64,000 nt of DNA from a virus (Duplodnaviria; Caudoviricetes): the IMG/VR virus record IMGVR_UViG_3300020036_002473, positions 15,364 to 79,363 of that record, one strand, 5' to 3'. The position numbers and the translations under genes are program-made. Positions 18,714-27,715 of the stretch are shown here, one piece after another (the first letter of the stretch is position 1; each line of letters starts with the position of its first letter). Below the pieces are notes generated by a model. That model was not told the DNA's origin, made no database searches, and worked only from the letters and a program-made list of their open reading frames with translations.

Positions 18714-18729
18714 AGCAAATTCCATGCCA
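18714..18729 (-). promoter_or_regulatory. Sigma54 -24/-12 consensus site
   Basis: TGGCATGGAATTTGCT fits TGGCAC-N5-TTGCW with GG-N10-GC spacing. Confidence 0.55.
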
Positions 18730-19179
18730 GCCATGACAGAAAACAAGTTAAAATTTTTTCACGCATAACGCTTGCAAGCCTTGTTTATATATGGTTTAAT
18801 AGCACTATGCAACGGAATAACCCTTTTGAGGTTACGCCGCGGCGGATTGTGCCTGACGTTTATAGAATGGCATAAAAACAACATGCGCGGCTTTTCTGTC
18901 TCATTTAGACAGCAGGCCCATTGAAGGAGGCTATATTAGAATATGCTAATATGCTTATTTGCTACGCTCGTTTTCTCGACTTTATAGAATTTGAGAGGGT
19001 GGCTGGAAACTGGTATGAGCTAAGTGCTTGATTTAAAAGCTAAAAGTGAACCACATTTTTGTGGGGCCATCTGAAACCATTTTCATTTATAAATGAGATT
19101 ACCACCCGCACCCAAGCAAAATGTTGTCCAACCAAACAGAATAGAAAACTAAGTTTTAATTTTAAGCAAAGGAGAAGTT

Positions 19180-19617
19180 ATGTGCGAAACATTTATACAG
19201 GAAATTGAATGGCCTGATAAGATTGAATACTGGAAGTATGTGGGCTTTAAGACAGCAGAAAGAAACACAATATATGCTTCTACATTGGTGGAATATGCAA
19301 GGCTTATGGTGGAAAGCAGAACACTTGGCCTTCCAAGAGATAAGACAAAGATGATTGACGCTCAAGATGAATATGAAGCTGATTTGTGCGAGTGTTGCTG
19401 CAAGCTTGTTAGAAACATGTTCTACCCAGAATACAATGAATTCCTAGACGACTTAACAAGTGTTATTGTTGACTACGCTATGGAGGACTATTGGAAGAAC
19501 AATGCTGTAATGGATATACATGAATATGAGCACCCTCTTGTGTACTTTGTCATAGAAGCATTCAATAAGTATAAGCACCTGCATGAGAGTGCTAAAGCAA
19601 CATACAAGCAACAATAA
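19180..19617 (+). CDS. Hypothetical acidic protein
   Basis: AAGGAG RBS; lone rightward gene followed by hairpin. Confidence 0.7.
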   Translation: MCETFIQEIEWPDKIEYWKYVGFKTAERNTIYASTLVEYARLMVESRTLGLPRDKTKMIDAQDEYEADLCECCCKLVRNMFYPEYNEFLDDLTSVIVDYAMEDYWKNNAVMDIHEYEHPLVYFVIEAFNKYKHLHESAKATYKQQ

Positions 19618-19622
19618 AACAA

Positions 19623-19672
19623 AAGCCCATAAGCAGCCTATAGAAATTCTCTACAAGCAAGCTTATGGGCTT
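19623..19672. terminator. Large-loop hairpin between convergent genes
   Basis: AGCCCATAAGC...GCTTATGGGCT. Confidence 0.55.
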
Positions 19673-19715
19673 GTCACTTTAATAACCATTGTAAGCAATA
19701 AACACCTATTCCAGT

Positions 19716-19775
19716 CGTTTAAATGGTGTCTCCTAGGCTACCCTATTACCGCATACATTTAAAGCGTTTTACACC
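19716..19775 (+). repeat. Dispersed 60-bp intergenic element, copy 2
   Basis: 48/60 identity to reverse complement of 24162-24221, including 18-bp CTAGGCTACCCTATTACC. Confidence 0.85.
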
Positions 19776-19912
19776 ACTATTTTCCCTACAAGATAGCCAC
19801 TTTGTATGCCTCCCTGAGAGCAAAGAAGAAGCCTCCTACAGCTGGAGGCTCTACATCCCTGAACTTGATTTCCTTTTTGTATGTTTTAAAATGAAATAAA
19901 ATATCAGCGGCT

Positions 19913-20134
19913 TCAAATGTGCCAATCTAAATCTGATAATTTATCAACTGCCCAATATAATTTAGTGACCTTGTTATACAGCTCCTCCAAATCTGCTTCA
20001 AGCTTAGCTACACGCTTCTTAAGCTCAGTATTCTCTTTAACCAAAACTCCTGTTGGTGTTTCTTGGTCAGACACATCAAACCCTTTTCTTGGTAGCCCAC
20101 AATAGTAATCCCTGTAGTCATAATGTGACATCAA
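19913..20134 (-). CDS. Hypothetical coiled-coil protein
   Basis: GAGGAG RBS. Confidence 0.65.
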   Translation of the reverse strand: MMSHYDYRDYYCGLPRKGFDVSDQETPTGVLVKENTELKKRVAKLEADLEELYNKVTKLYWAVDKLSDLDWHI

Positions 20135-20400
20135 TGTTTCTCCTCTTCAAGAAACGCCAACATTTCGTTAATAGCATCCCTATACCCATCATTCCATTGT
20201 TGTGTGGAGACAGCTTTAATAAAAGCTAATAGCTCTTCAGCCTTCCCAACATTCTCAATTTCAAGTTCTATAACCTCAGTTGCTACAGGGGAAGTTACCA
20301 AATTCTCGCCATAATAAAACTTGACCACCCCTACTTCATCATTGTCTCCAAATCCTTTTACATCGTTATAACGCCATGTCATGTGCAGCTTTTTAGTCAT
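20131..20400 (-). CDS. Hypothetical protein
   Basis: GGAG RBS. Confidence 0.65.
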   Translation of the reverse strand: MTKKLHMTWRYNDVKGFGDNDEVGVVKFYYGENLVTSPVATEVIELEIENVGKAEELLAFIKAVSTQQWNDGYRDAINEMLAFLEEEKH

Positions 20401-20698
20401 TTAGTTCTCCATCCCAACGAATTGTCTTGCTAATGACATTTTTATGCTTGCTCTTAAAACCCTCAAGCACCTCTCCAAAATCTGGAACATCACCACCGAC
20501 ATCTAGCAGCACTCTCCAAACATCTTGAGAATGAATGTTATTACACAGCCTAACAATATCCCAATGAATGTTCTTTGTAAAAACCATCTTGTCTCGTGTC
20601 CTGTCTTTCATAGCTAAAGAATAAAGGCTGTTACGGAGAATAGAGAGATTTCCATCAGAGTGTTTTAATAATAAATCTTTTGCAATAGTGGTTTTCAT
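20393..20698 (-). CDS. Hypothetical protein
   Basis: GGAAGGA RBS before MKTTIAK. Confidence 0.6.
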   Translation of the reverse strand: MKTTIAKDLLLKHSDGNLSILRNSLYSLAMKDRTRDKMVFTKNIHWDIVRLCNNIHSQDVWRVLLDVGGDVPDFGEVLEGFKSKHKNVISKTIRWDGELND

Positions 20699-21033
20699 AG
20701 ATGTCCTTCCTTCCAAGATGTGTTCATTTCTAAAATGCAAGCACGACAAACAAGAATATTGTCATCATACTCGTTTGTGTGCTCTGTATCAATAATTGTA
20801 TAAACACTACCCCCGCAAAGATTGCATTCATATGTAGCCCATCCTGAAGGGAGTATTCTGCTTTCTATAATCTGTGCTGTATCTCTACATCCTAGAATTT
20901 GATTATAGATTTGCTCTCCTGTAAGCTTATTATTGGAAAAGCTTGGAGTGTCCCACCATAGAGAGTTGCTTCCATATTGCCGTTTAAAATCTTCAGCAAC
21001 ATCCTCAACAGATTTCTTCTTTAATAGCTTCAT
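20695..21033 (-). CDS. Hypothetical protein with two CxxC pairs
   Basis: CNLC...CRAC; GGAG RBS. Confidence 0.65.
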   Translation of the reverse strand: MKLLKKKSVEDVAEDFKRQYGSNSLWWDTPSFSNNKLTGEQIYNQILGCRDTAQIIESRILPSGWATYECNLCGGSVYTIIDTEHTNEYDDNILVCRACILEMNTSWKEGHL

Positions 21034-21060
21034 GTGCTCTCCTTTTCTATTTATGCAATC

Positions 21061-21450
21061 CTACCAATCAATATCTATAGCATAGTCACCAGCTGCCAGA
21101 ACACCTTTATTATATAAATCATTAGCTACAACTTCCAAGCTAGGGTAGAAATTACGATGCCATAAAAGTTCAATACCACGTTCTGATCTATCCCATTCGT
21201 CTGTACCTTCAAACTCCTGCTCTACAGGACGTTCAAGCCAACCCTTAAAGCTAACCCCCATATCGTCATCTGCAATACAAATAGTATCATTTTCATAGTC
21301 ATACCCTTTTGCATTCTCTAAAGGAATTGTGAAATATTCAATACCTCGTGATTTACAACCATCTTGTTGCTGAAACTTGTAAGGCTTTCCATATTCTTTC
21401 TCAACAATTTCATCCCATTCTTGGACATCAATAATATTCACTACTTTCAT
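21061..21450 (-). CDS. Hypothetical protein
   Basis: AGGAG RBS. Confidence 0.7.
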   Translation of the reverse strand: MKVVNIIDVQEWDEIVEKEYGKPYKFQQQDGCKSRGIEYFTIPLENAKGYDYENDTICIADDDMGVSFKGWLERPVEQEFEGTDEWDRSERGIELLWHRNFYPSLEVVANDLYNKGVLAAGDYAIDIDW

Positions 21451-21500
21451 TTGTGTTCTCCTTAATATTTAAAATTTCTCTCCACAAGAGAGATGTGCTT

Positions 21501-22202
21501 TCAGAATGAAAGGATTTCTCTCCATTGCTCTAAAATAGCTTCTTCCCGTGTGCTATACGTATTAAGAATAACATGCTGGAAGGCTTCTTGTCCGAGATGC
21601 TCGCTGTTGTGTTGCTCTCCTAAGATAATGTTTTCAGGGTTGTGTACATAAACAAAATAAGGAAATGTCTTTTCATCTACATAACAACCATCCAGCACCA
21701 TCTTTGTTTCCGCAATAGCTTTAAGTTCGTTGTAATAGCGACAGTCTGTAACAATTACAAAATCTGGAGGATTCGAATTAGAATTCTTACATTGTGTAAA
21801 AATAACATCCTGTGTGTAGTCGATGTAATAATCACTATGGTGACGCTCCTTCTTATAATCCGAATAATGTTGCATCCACCAGCGCATAGAACGAGGAACA
21901 TCTACAGAATGCTTATTGTCTACGCACCAGCTAATGAAGAACTTGTCTTGGCAATTCACAACACGCAAAGCTGAATTATCCTTCTGCTTAATATGGGAAG
22001 GCATGTGCCACATGTGCAAAGGAATCCCTGTAACATTGCAGCATTGTTGCTTTAAGTGGTCTGCAAAGGCTGTTTGGAAAATTGTTTTTCCTTGTTTTTC
22101 TAAAGCATTTGTTAAAATGCTTACACAGTGGTCTTTGCCAGAGCCTGCTTTTCCTCCTACACATATAAAGCGGGTATCACCCAATTTTGTGTTACACGAC
22201 AT
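21501..22202 (-). CDS. Deoxynucleoside monophosphate kinase
   Basis: GGKAGSGKD P-loop, AFADHLK, VTDCRYYNE. Confidence 0.8.
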   Translation of the reverse strand: MSCNTKLGDTRFICVGGKAGSGKDHCVSILTNALEKQGKTIFQTAFADHLKQQCCNVTGIPLHMWHMPSHIKQKDNSALRVVNCQDKFFISWCVDNKHSVDVPRSMRWWMQHYSDYKKERHHSDYYIDYTQDVIFTQCKNSNSNPPDFVIVTDCRYYNELKAIAETKMVLDGCYVDEKTFPYFVYVHNPENIILGEQHNSEHLGQEAFQHVILNTYSTREEAILEQWREILSF

Positions 22203-22402
22203 TATTGTTTCTCCTTCACAATTAAATATACAACAGACATAGCCCATAAAGCCCAGCCAAACAACAAGCAAGCTAAAACCACAGAGAGGCTATGAGATTT
22301 CTCCTTAACAACACAAATGTGCCAAAACAGATATGGAATGCCAGCCCACAGGAGGATGAAAAGGGATTGTAGGAGGATGGCTGTTAGCTGTGTTTGTGTC
22401 AT
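22202..22402 (-). CDS. Small membrane protein
   Basis: Two hydrophobic segments. Confidence 0.6.
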   Translation of the reverse strand: MTQTQLTAILLQSLFILLWAGIPYLFWHICVVKEKSHSLSVVLACLLFGWALWAMSVVYLIVKEKQ

Positions 22403-22668
22403 TATAGTGTCTCCCAAACAATTTCATCACAACAGGATTTGACATTGTAGTCTTTGTTAGCTTTAACAACAATCTCATTTTTCTCTAGGCTAACAATGTG
22501 AAGCCAATCTTTATCAAATACCTCTTCCTCAGAAATAGCCATCACTTTCTTAGCAGCCATCACTTTCTTAGCAGCTTCTTCTGCTTCCAATAATGTAAAG
22601 TAGCTTCCTACAAAATCTTCCCAACCACCTTTAGGGTAGTAATCGTATCCAGCAAATACTAAGAACAT
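22402..22668 (-). CDS. Hypothetical protein
   Basis: AGGAG RBS; carries an 18-bp tandem duplication. Confidence 0.65.
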   Translation of the reverse strand: MFLVFAGYDYYPKGGWEDFVGSYFTLLEAEEAAKKVMAAKKVMAISEEEVFDKDWLHIVSLEKNEIVVKANKDYNVKSCCDEIVWETL

Positions 22669-22681
22669 AGTTTTCTCCTTA

Positions 22682-22861
22682 TTAAATATATTCTTTACGC
22701 TTTAACACTGTCTGAACACTCAGCAGAGTGATAAATAGAAATTTATACTTCTCCACTTTAACAATCTCAGTGACAACTCCTCTATTGTAGTTCAGCTTCT
22801 TTTGTATCTTAGTGCGGTAGTCTGTCTTACGTGTGAATGTGTACACTTGCTTTGAAAACAT
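22682..22861 (-). CDS. Hypothetical basic protein
   Basis: AAGGAG RBS. Confidence 0.6.
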   Translation of the reverse strand: MFSKQVYTFTRKTDYRTKIQKKLNYNRGVVTEIVKVEKYKFLFITLLSVQTVLKRKEYI

Positions 22862-22908
22862 ATTTATCTCCTTGTTTGTTTCCTTCGACAAGACAGAGAA
22901 TACATTAG

Positions 22909-23136
22909 CTACAAGAGCATGTCAACATGTTTGTTACGTTTATTTACAATTTTATAGAAAGTGAAATTCTTTACTTCAAGTATTCCCCTACTAACTAACC
23001 TGTCCAGAGCCTGCTCAACTTGCTCATAATCAAGTCCTTGAAGCACTCCCTTAGTAAGAGCACCAATATGCACCCATTCGCTGTCTGTGTATTTGATATA
23101 GTGTATGAGTTCTTTCTGAATGTACCACAGTCTCAT
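22909..23136 (-). CDS. Small winged-helix-like protein
   Basis: EQVEQALDRLVSRGILE pattern. Confidence 0.45.
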   Translation of the reverse strand: MRLWYIQKELIHYIKYTDSEWVHIGALTKGVLQGLDYEQVEQALDRLVSRGILEVKNFTFYKIVNKRNKHVDMLL

Positions 23137-23309
23137 TTTACACTCCTCTTAGTTACATTAAATAGCCCACGTACCCTGTCCAGTTGGGCATACATCTCCT
23201 TAATAACATCTTCGCTTACTAAGTATCTTTCTTCGGCAATGGTGATACCAACTTTGATAGAATGAAGAATCTCATCTTGTGCCTTTTCCTTACATTCATT
23301 TCTTGTCAT
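23133..23309 (-). CDS. Hypothetical protein, 58 aa
   Basis: Hand-translated MTRNECKEKAQ...; GGAG RBS. Confidence 0.55.
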   Translation of the reverse strand: MTRNECKEKAQDEILHSIKVGITIAEERYLVSEDVIKEMYAQLDRVRGLFNVTKRSVK

Positions 23310-23999
23310 AACGCTCTCCTAGTGTTGTCTGTCAGCAGGATAACATTTGTTTATATCTTTGTAAATATTTATTTGATTGTATTACATTGTGCAGAAGGCA
23401 CGAGAGGTGGTGCTAGAGGAGATGGCTCTTTATGATGAAACTTAAAATCAAGCTTGGTAAGAAGTTAGATAAGAATATGTATTAATATATTGACACTACA
23501 ATGGATGCTGAAAGCAGAACACTAGAAGATAGCTTATAGAGTATTACTTAGTAGTATATCTTATATATATATATATATATATTATATCTTACAGAATGGT
23601 GAAATAGAACAAAATTTCCCCATAGGCCACACGGAATAATTTAATATTCAAGTGTAGACCTCGGGGATTTTGTTCTTTCGGCTTACAGAACGGAGCCACA
23701 TGAGAACTCAAAAGATGGGTGACAATCCCTCTAATGATTTGGAGATATATAACAAGAGAAACATAATAGTTTCTTGCCTCTTGTCTGTGAAGCGTTCTCC
23801 GCATGATGCTTATCTCTTAGGAGATGTTCCCAGAGTCCTCTTTCGAGGCTGTATTCCACTTTCTGCACCAAATTTCCACGCTTGTAGCTTGCACATCCCT
23901 TGGTAGCTACATTATGCTTCTTACGAAACATTAAACAACACATGCCAACGTATCTAGCCGCCCATATGTTGAGAGAGCTTTCTCAAGCCCACGAGAAAC

Positions 24000-24027
24000 A
24001 GTATGACACATTTCTGGAAAATGTCAA
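24000..24027 (-). promoter_or_regulatory. Sigma70-type promoter of leftward block
   Basis: TTGACA-N16-CATACT with TG extension. Confidence 0.55.
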
Positions 24028-24161
24028 TAGCTGAGATAGAAATAATTTGTAGATACAAAGAAGATGTACATTGTACACGTAGAACACATGTAAAGTAGCT
24101 TGTAGGAATTGTAAACAAGTTTACTGATGCGTCAAAACACCTCATTTAGCGTATCTGGTAT

Positions 24162-24221
24162 GGTGTAAATCGTTTTAAATACACTAGGTAATAGGGTAGC
24201 CTAGAACAACACATTTAAACG
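24162..24221 (-). repeat. Dispersed 60-bp intergenic element, copy 3 (inverted)
   Basis: 48/60 identity to 19716-19775. Confidence 0.85.
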
Positions 24222-24395
24222 CCTCAGAGTGGCTATAAATGCTTGAGAATGAAAATGTACAATTTTGCTATCTAAATATTGAGAAGCCTCCTTGACAAAA
24301 CAGGAATGTATGATATATGTAATGTTCACATGTGAAGGGGCGGAGCAAGATTTTTCTTGCCCTTATGTTATAACAACAATAAGAAAGAAAATAAT

Positions 24396-25745
24396 ATGGC
24401 AGTAGATATTCAAGAAGGCACAAGCTGGCCTGTAAATGAGCTTGGAGAGATTGTAGCACAAGCTGGACTAGGGACAAACAATGTTGTGGCTTATGTTCCA
24501 AGCGCCCTTGTCCCCGTAGATGGAACAACAAACAAGCTTAACATTGTAGGAATGCCAGAGAACAGCCTTACAGGTATGCTCTATCCAGCAACAACTTTGG
24601 TGAAGCCCCATGCTAACTTTGAAACAGCAGCTGGTACACTAGGCTTTACACTATCAACAACTATCCTGTGTCCTGTTCCATTCTATGCTGTACGTTTACG
24701 TATGTTCAACCCTAATGCTTCTGCCACTGTTGGTGTGTTAGCAGCTGTAGCAGCTTCGGCAAACATGACTGGCGGCGTACAAGCTCCTACAGGAACTCCT
24801 GTAAACATCGCCGTAAATGGCTCAACATCCATTACAAAACCTGCTGCTTTGTCTGCTGGGTCTACAGTGGATGCTATTTTCTCTGAAGTGGTGACAGACT
24901 GGGCTATGTGTACGTCCATCCCTAGAAGCGATGGTGGCAATGGCTATTTATTAATGGTGAGAGAATACCAACCATCTGCTGGCAATACAGAAGCTTCTCG
25001 CTCAACAGGGTTGGGAAGCACAACAGCAGATGTTAATCTCTATGGCTGCTCTTGTGTAGCACATAATGGCGATAAAGTTACTTCTTGGTCTGGCTGGTCA
25101 ACAGCCGTAGCAGCTATTGGCTCAGCTTTCGGTGTAGAACTACTCACTTCAACAGGTGTTGTTAGTGTTGCAGCTTTTGGTGACTCAACAGTGGTAGGTG
25201 TAGGTGGTGCTAAAGGTAATGCTGGTGGCATGGCTCTAACAGGTGTTGCTCGTATCAACTCAGGCTCTCCTATTGGCTATTGGAATAATGGTGAAGGGGC
25301 TTCTGTTACACAAACATACTTCAAACTGTTCCAAAATGTTATTGCTTCCTCTTTGCTCCCACGTATTGCTGTGTATTGTCCATTCAGTCCGAATGACACA
25401 GACAAATATACACGAGCAGGGACAGATAGACAAATTGCTACAATGCTAATGTTTATTAAGGAATGCCGCAACAAGAACATCACCCCATTCTTACTCACAC
25501 CATGCCCTGAGAATGGCATAACAGCACCACAAGAAACATTTAGACGTGAAGTTGTGAATACAACAAAATCTATTGCAGCTTCTTTGAATGTTACTGTGAT
25601 TGATCGTGACAGTGTTTATACAAACTACACAGTGGACACAGGAGGGTTTATTGCTGGTACAAATGCTGACACTAAACATCCAAACCCTGCTGGCTATGCT
25701 TTAGAGACAGCTTTGTGGTTGGAAGCTTTGAAGTACTACAAATAA
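24396..25745 (+). CDS. SGNH/GDSL hydrolase-domain protein
   Basis: FGDS block I, GEG block II, DTKHPNPAGY block V. Confidence 0.8.
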   Translation: MAVDIQEGTSWPVNELGEIVAQAGLGTNNVVAYVPSALVPVDGTTNKLNIVGMPENSLTGMLYPATTLVKPHANFETAAGTLGFTLSTTILCPVPFYAVRLRMFNPNASATVGVLAAVAASANMTGGVQAPTGTPVNIAVNGSTSITKPAALSAGSTVDAIFSEVVTDWAMCTSIPRSDGGNGYLLMVREYQPSAGNTEASRSTGLGSTTADVNLYGCSCVAHNGDKVTSWSGWSTAVAAIGSAFGVELLTSTGVVSVAAFGDSTVVGVGGAKGNAGGMALTGVARINSGSPIGYWNNGEGASVTQTYFKLFQNVIASSLLPRIAVYCPFSPNDTDKYTRAGTDRQIATMLMFIKECRNKNITPFLLTPCPENGITAPQETFRREVVNTTKSIAASLNVTVIDRDSVYTNYTVDTGGFIAGTNADTKHPNPAGYALETALWLEALKYYK

Positions 25746-25807
25746 TTAAGCTTCAAATGCAGTGAGAGAAACACAAGTGTAGCGAGAGCCACATGAACGA
25801 AGTGAAT

Positions 25808-25840
25808 GCCCCTTAGCGAAAGCTTTGGGGCTTTTTCTTT
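25808..25840 (+). terminator. Rho-independent terminator
   Basis: GCCCC-TTAGC-GAAA-GCTTT-GGGGC then TTTTT. Confidence 0.7.
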
Positions 25841-25876
25841 TGTCTAAAATAAATGTAAATTTTCTTTACAAAACCC

Positions 25877-25905
25877 TTGACACACTCTTCCACATGCTTT
25901 ACATT
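25877..25905 (+). promoter_or_regulatory. Sigma70-type promoter
   Basis: TTGACA-N17-TACATT directly before the PagP-like gene. Confidence 0.7.
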
Positions 25906-25936
25906 ACGCCTATACAAACAAATTTAGGAGAAACAC

Positions 25937-26452
25937 ATGAAATTAGCAATGAAAGAACTTACAAAGATTGTCTTGTTAGCAGCAGCTACAGCAGGAGCAT
26001 TAAGCTGTACGGAAGTGGCTAAAGCTAGTCCTGCTAAGGCTGAAGGAAATGATATTTCCTATTCAATTGTTGTACACGGAGCCTCTAAACATTTTGGCTA
26101 CGACAAGACAGGTACACTTCCTTTCAACGAAGCCAACTACGGCTTAGGCTTTGAAGCAGAACGTAATAATGTTGTATTTCGTGCAGGGACATACAAAGAT
26201 AGCTATTACAAACAAGCTAAGTATGCTACTATTGGCTATCGCTACGCTCTGCTAGGCCAGCAAGATAGCTTCCACGCAGGAGCCTCTGTGAATGCTGGCT
26301 GGCTTGACGGAAGCGGTTTTAAGAATGACATGGCTGTTGTTCCGCAATTGGAAATTGGCTACAAGAAAACAACATTGGAAATTGTATATGTTCCAAAATT
26401 CACAAAAGAACAAGTGCAAGCTGTTGCTGTAAGCTTGAAATATTCGTTTTAA
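25937..26452 (+). CDS. PagP-like outer-membrane beta-barrel, candidate lipid A acyltransferase
   Basis: Signal peptide ending AKA; KHFGYDK, NEANYGLGF, YKDSY, FHAG, IGY, YVP; terminal Phe. Confidence 0.7.
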   Translation: MKLAMKELTKIVLLAAATAGALSCTEVAKASPAKAEGNDISYSIVVHGASKHFGYDKTGTLPFNEANYGLGFEAERNNVVFRAGTYKDSYYKQAKYATIGYRYALLGQQDSFHAGASVNAGWLDGSGFKNDMAVVPQLEIGYKKTTLEIVYVPKFTKEQVQAVAVSLKYSF

Positions 26453-26461
26453 GGAGAAATA

Positions 26462-26707
26462 ATGCCAACAAATACAAAAGATTTTCTAAACTGGAATGCT
26501 GATAGGCTTCAATTTGTTCATGAAGAATACTCTGGAGTTGATTATATGCAAAGGCTTCGTGAAGTGGCTTCTCAGCAGCGTGAGCCTTTGACGAAAGATG
26601 AGCTTTATTTCCTCAATCATCTGCGAAATGAGGCTAAATTTGATCAACACTATTATCACGAGAATATGCTTAATAGTATTCTACAAAAATTAGGAGAACT
26701 AAATTGA
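26462..26707 (+). CDS. Hypothetical protein
   Basis: AAGGAG RBS. Confidence 0.65.
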   Translation: MPTNTKDFLNWNADRLQFVHEEYSGVDYMQRLREVASQQREPLTKDELYFLNHLRNEAKFDQHYYHENMLNSILQKLGELN

Positions 26708-26967
26708 CCTACCAAATGACAGACAAAGAATTTTTACAAAGCGCATACAATTTTATTTGCAATGAATGTGATTGGCATGAAACACATTTGCTACGTTTTA
26801 AGAACATTATAGACAACATGCCTGACAAGGAGAAGCTGTTGGAGAGTACACTAAAACATATTGACAAGCTGTGTGAAGGGCGTAATGTGAAGGCTTTTAC
26901 TGAAGGGACAACATATAAAACAGACGAGCTGCTATTCTCTCCAAGTTTGAAAGCTAGTAATGTGTAA
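26704..26967 (+). CDS. Hypothetical protein
   Basis: AGGAG RBS, TTG start. Confidence 0.6.
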   Translation: MTYQMTDKEFLQSAYNFICNECDWHETHLLRFKNIIDNMPDKEKLLESTLKHIDKLCEGRNVKAFTEGTTYKTDELLFSPSLKASNV

Positions 26968-27127
26968 TAAGCTTACAGAAGCCTTACAAATTCTAGGAGC
27001 AATGCTCATTATCCTGTGCATGGTATTAGCAGCAATGTTCTTCCTGTTTATTTCAGCTTTATGCTTTACATGGCTTTGCTTTTCGTATATTATTCGTTAC
27101 GTTATGTTCAACAAGGAGAAGAAATAA

Positions 27128-27309
27128 TGTGGAGAGACATCAAATACGCGCCAGAAGGCGTTGCTGTTATGACATGTATAGATGGGGGTACAAAAGACGA
27201 GAGAAATGCAGCATGGCTGGTAAAGAAAGGCCGTCTTTGGTGGTTGAAAAATGAAAATATGTATGTATACTACACACCAACACATTTCAAATTTTCAGGA
27301 GAATTTTAA
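27128..27309 (+). CDS. Hypothetical protein
   Basis: AAGGAG RBS before MWRDIKYAP. Confidence 0.6.
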
Positions 27310-27518
27310 TGACAACAGCGACAGATACAAAGAAGCAGCAACATGCTTGCAAGCAAGCCATTTACAACGAAGGCCATTCAGCAGCCCTGCAAGGCATGGC
27401 TCGAAACACATTGTACAAGGAGCTTTTTAAGCTCTATTGGAACATGGGCTACGATGATGGACTGTTAAAGCTTTATAACCTTACACGCAAGCGTGAGCAA
27501 GCAACAGGAGGAAAATAA
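27309..27518 (+). CDS. Hypothetical protein
   Basis: TAATG coupling. Confidence 0.6.
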   Translation: MTTATDTKKQQHACKQAIYNEGHSAALQGMARNTLYKELFKLYWNMGYDDGLLKLYNLTRKREQATGGK

Positions 27519-27715
27519 TGACATTACAAGAAAATAAGATTGATTTGCAATCTATGTATCAACAGAAGCTTGAAGCAGCTAAGGCTTATCTTGGTACACG
27601 CTATCAACTACATCCTGAATTTATTCCTTCTAGGAATATTCCCCGCATTAGTGATGCACATTTGCAGCATAAGTGGGCTGTGAAGAGGACATACCAAGGC
27701 CATCAACATGAATAA
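27518..27715 (+). CDS. Hypothetical protein
   Basis: TAATG coupling, GGAGG RBS. Confidence 0.6.
   Translation: MTLQENKIDLQSMYQQKLEAAKAYLGTRYQLHPEFIPSRNIPRISDAHLQHKWAVKRTYQGHQHE

Noticed and set aside
22537-22575. 18-bp tandem duplication (AAKKVM twice)
   Set aside because: Real, but most simply an in-frame slippage event
15406-23943. Exact 14-mer ATGTGTTGTTTAAT at 15406 and inverted at 23930
   Set aside because: Some 14-mer matches are expected by chance in 64 kb of AT-rich DNA; flanks do not extend
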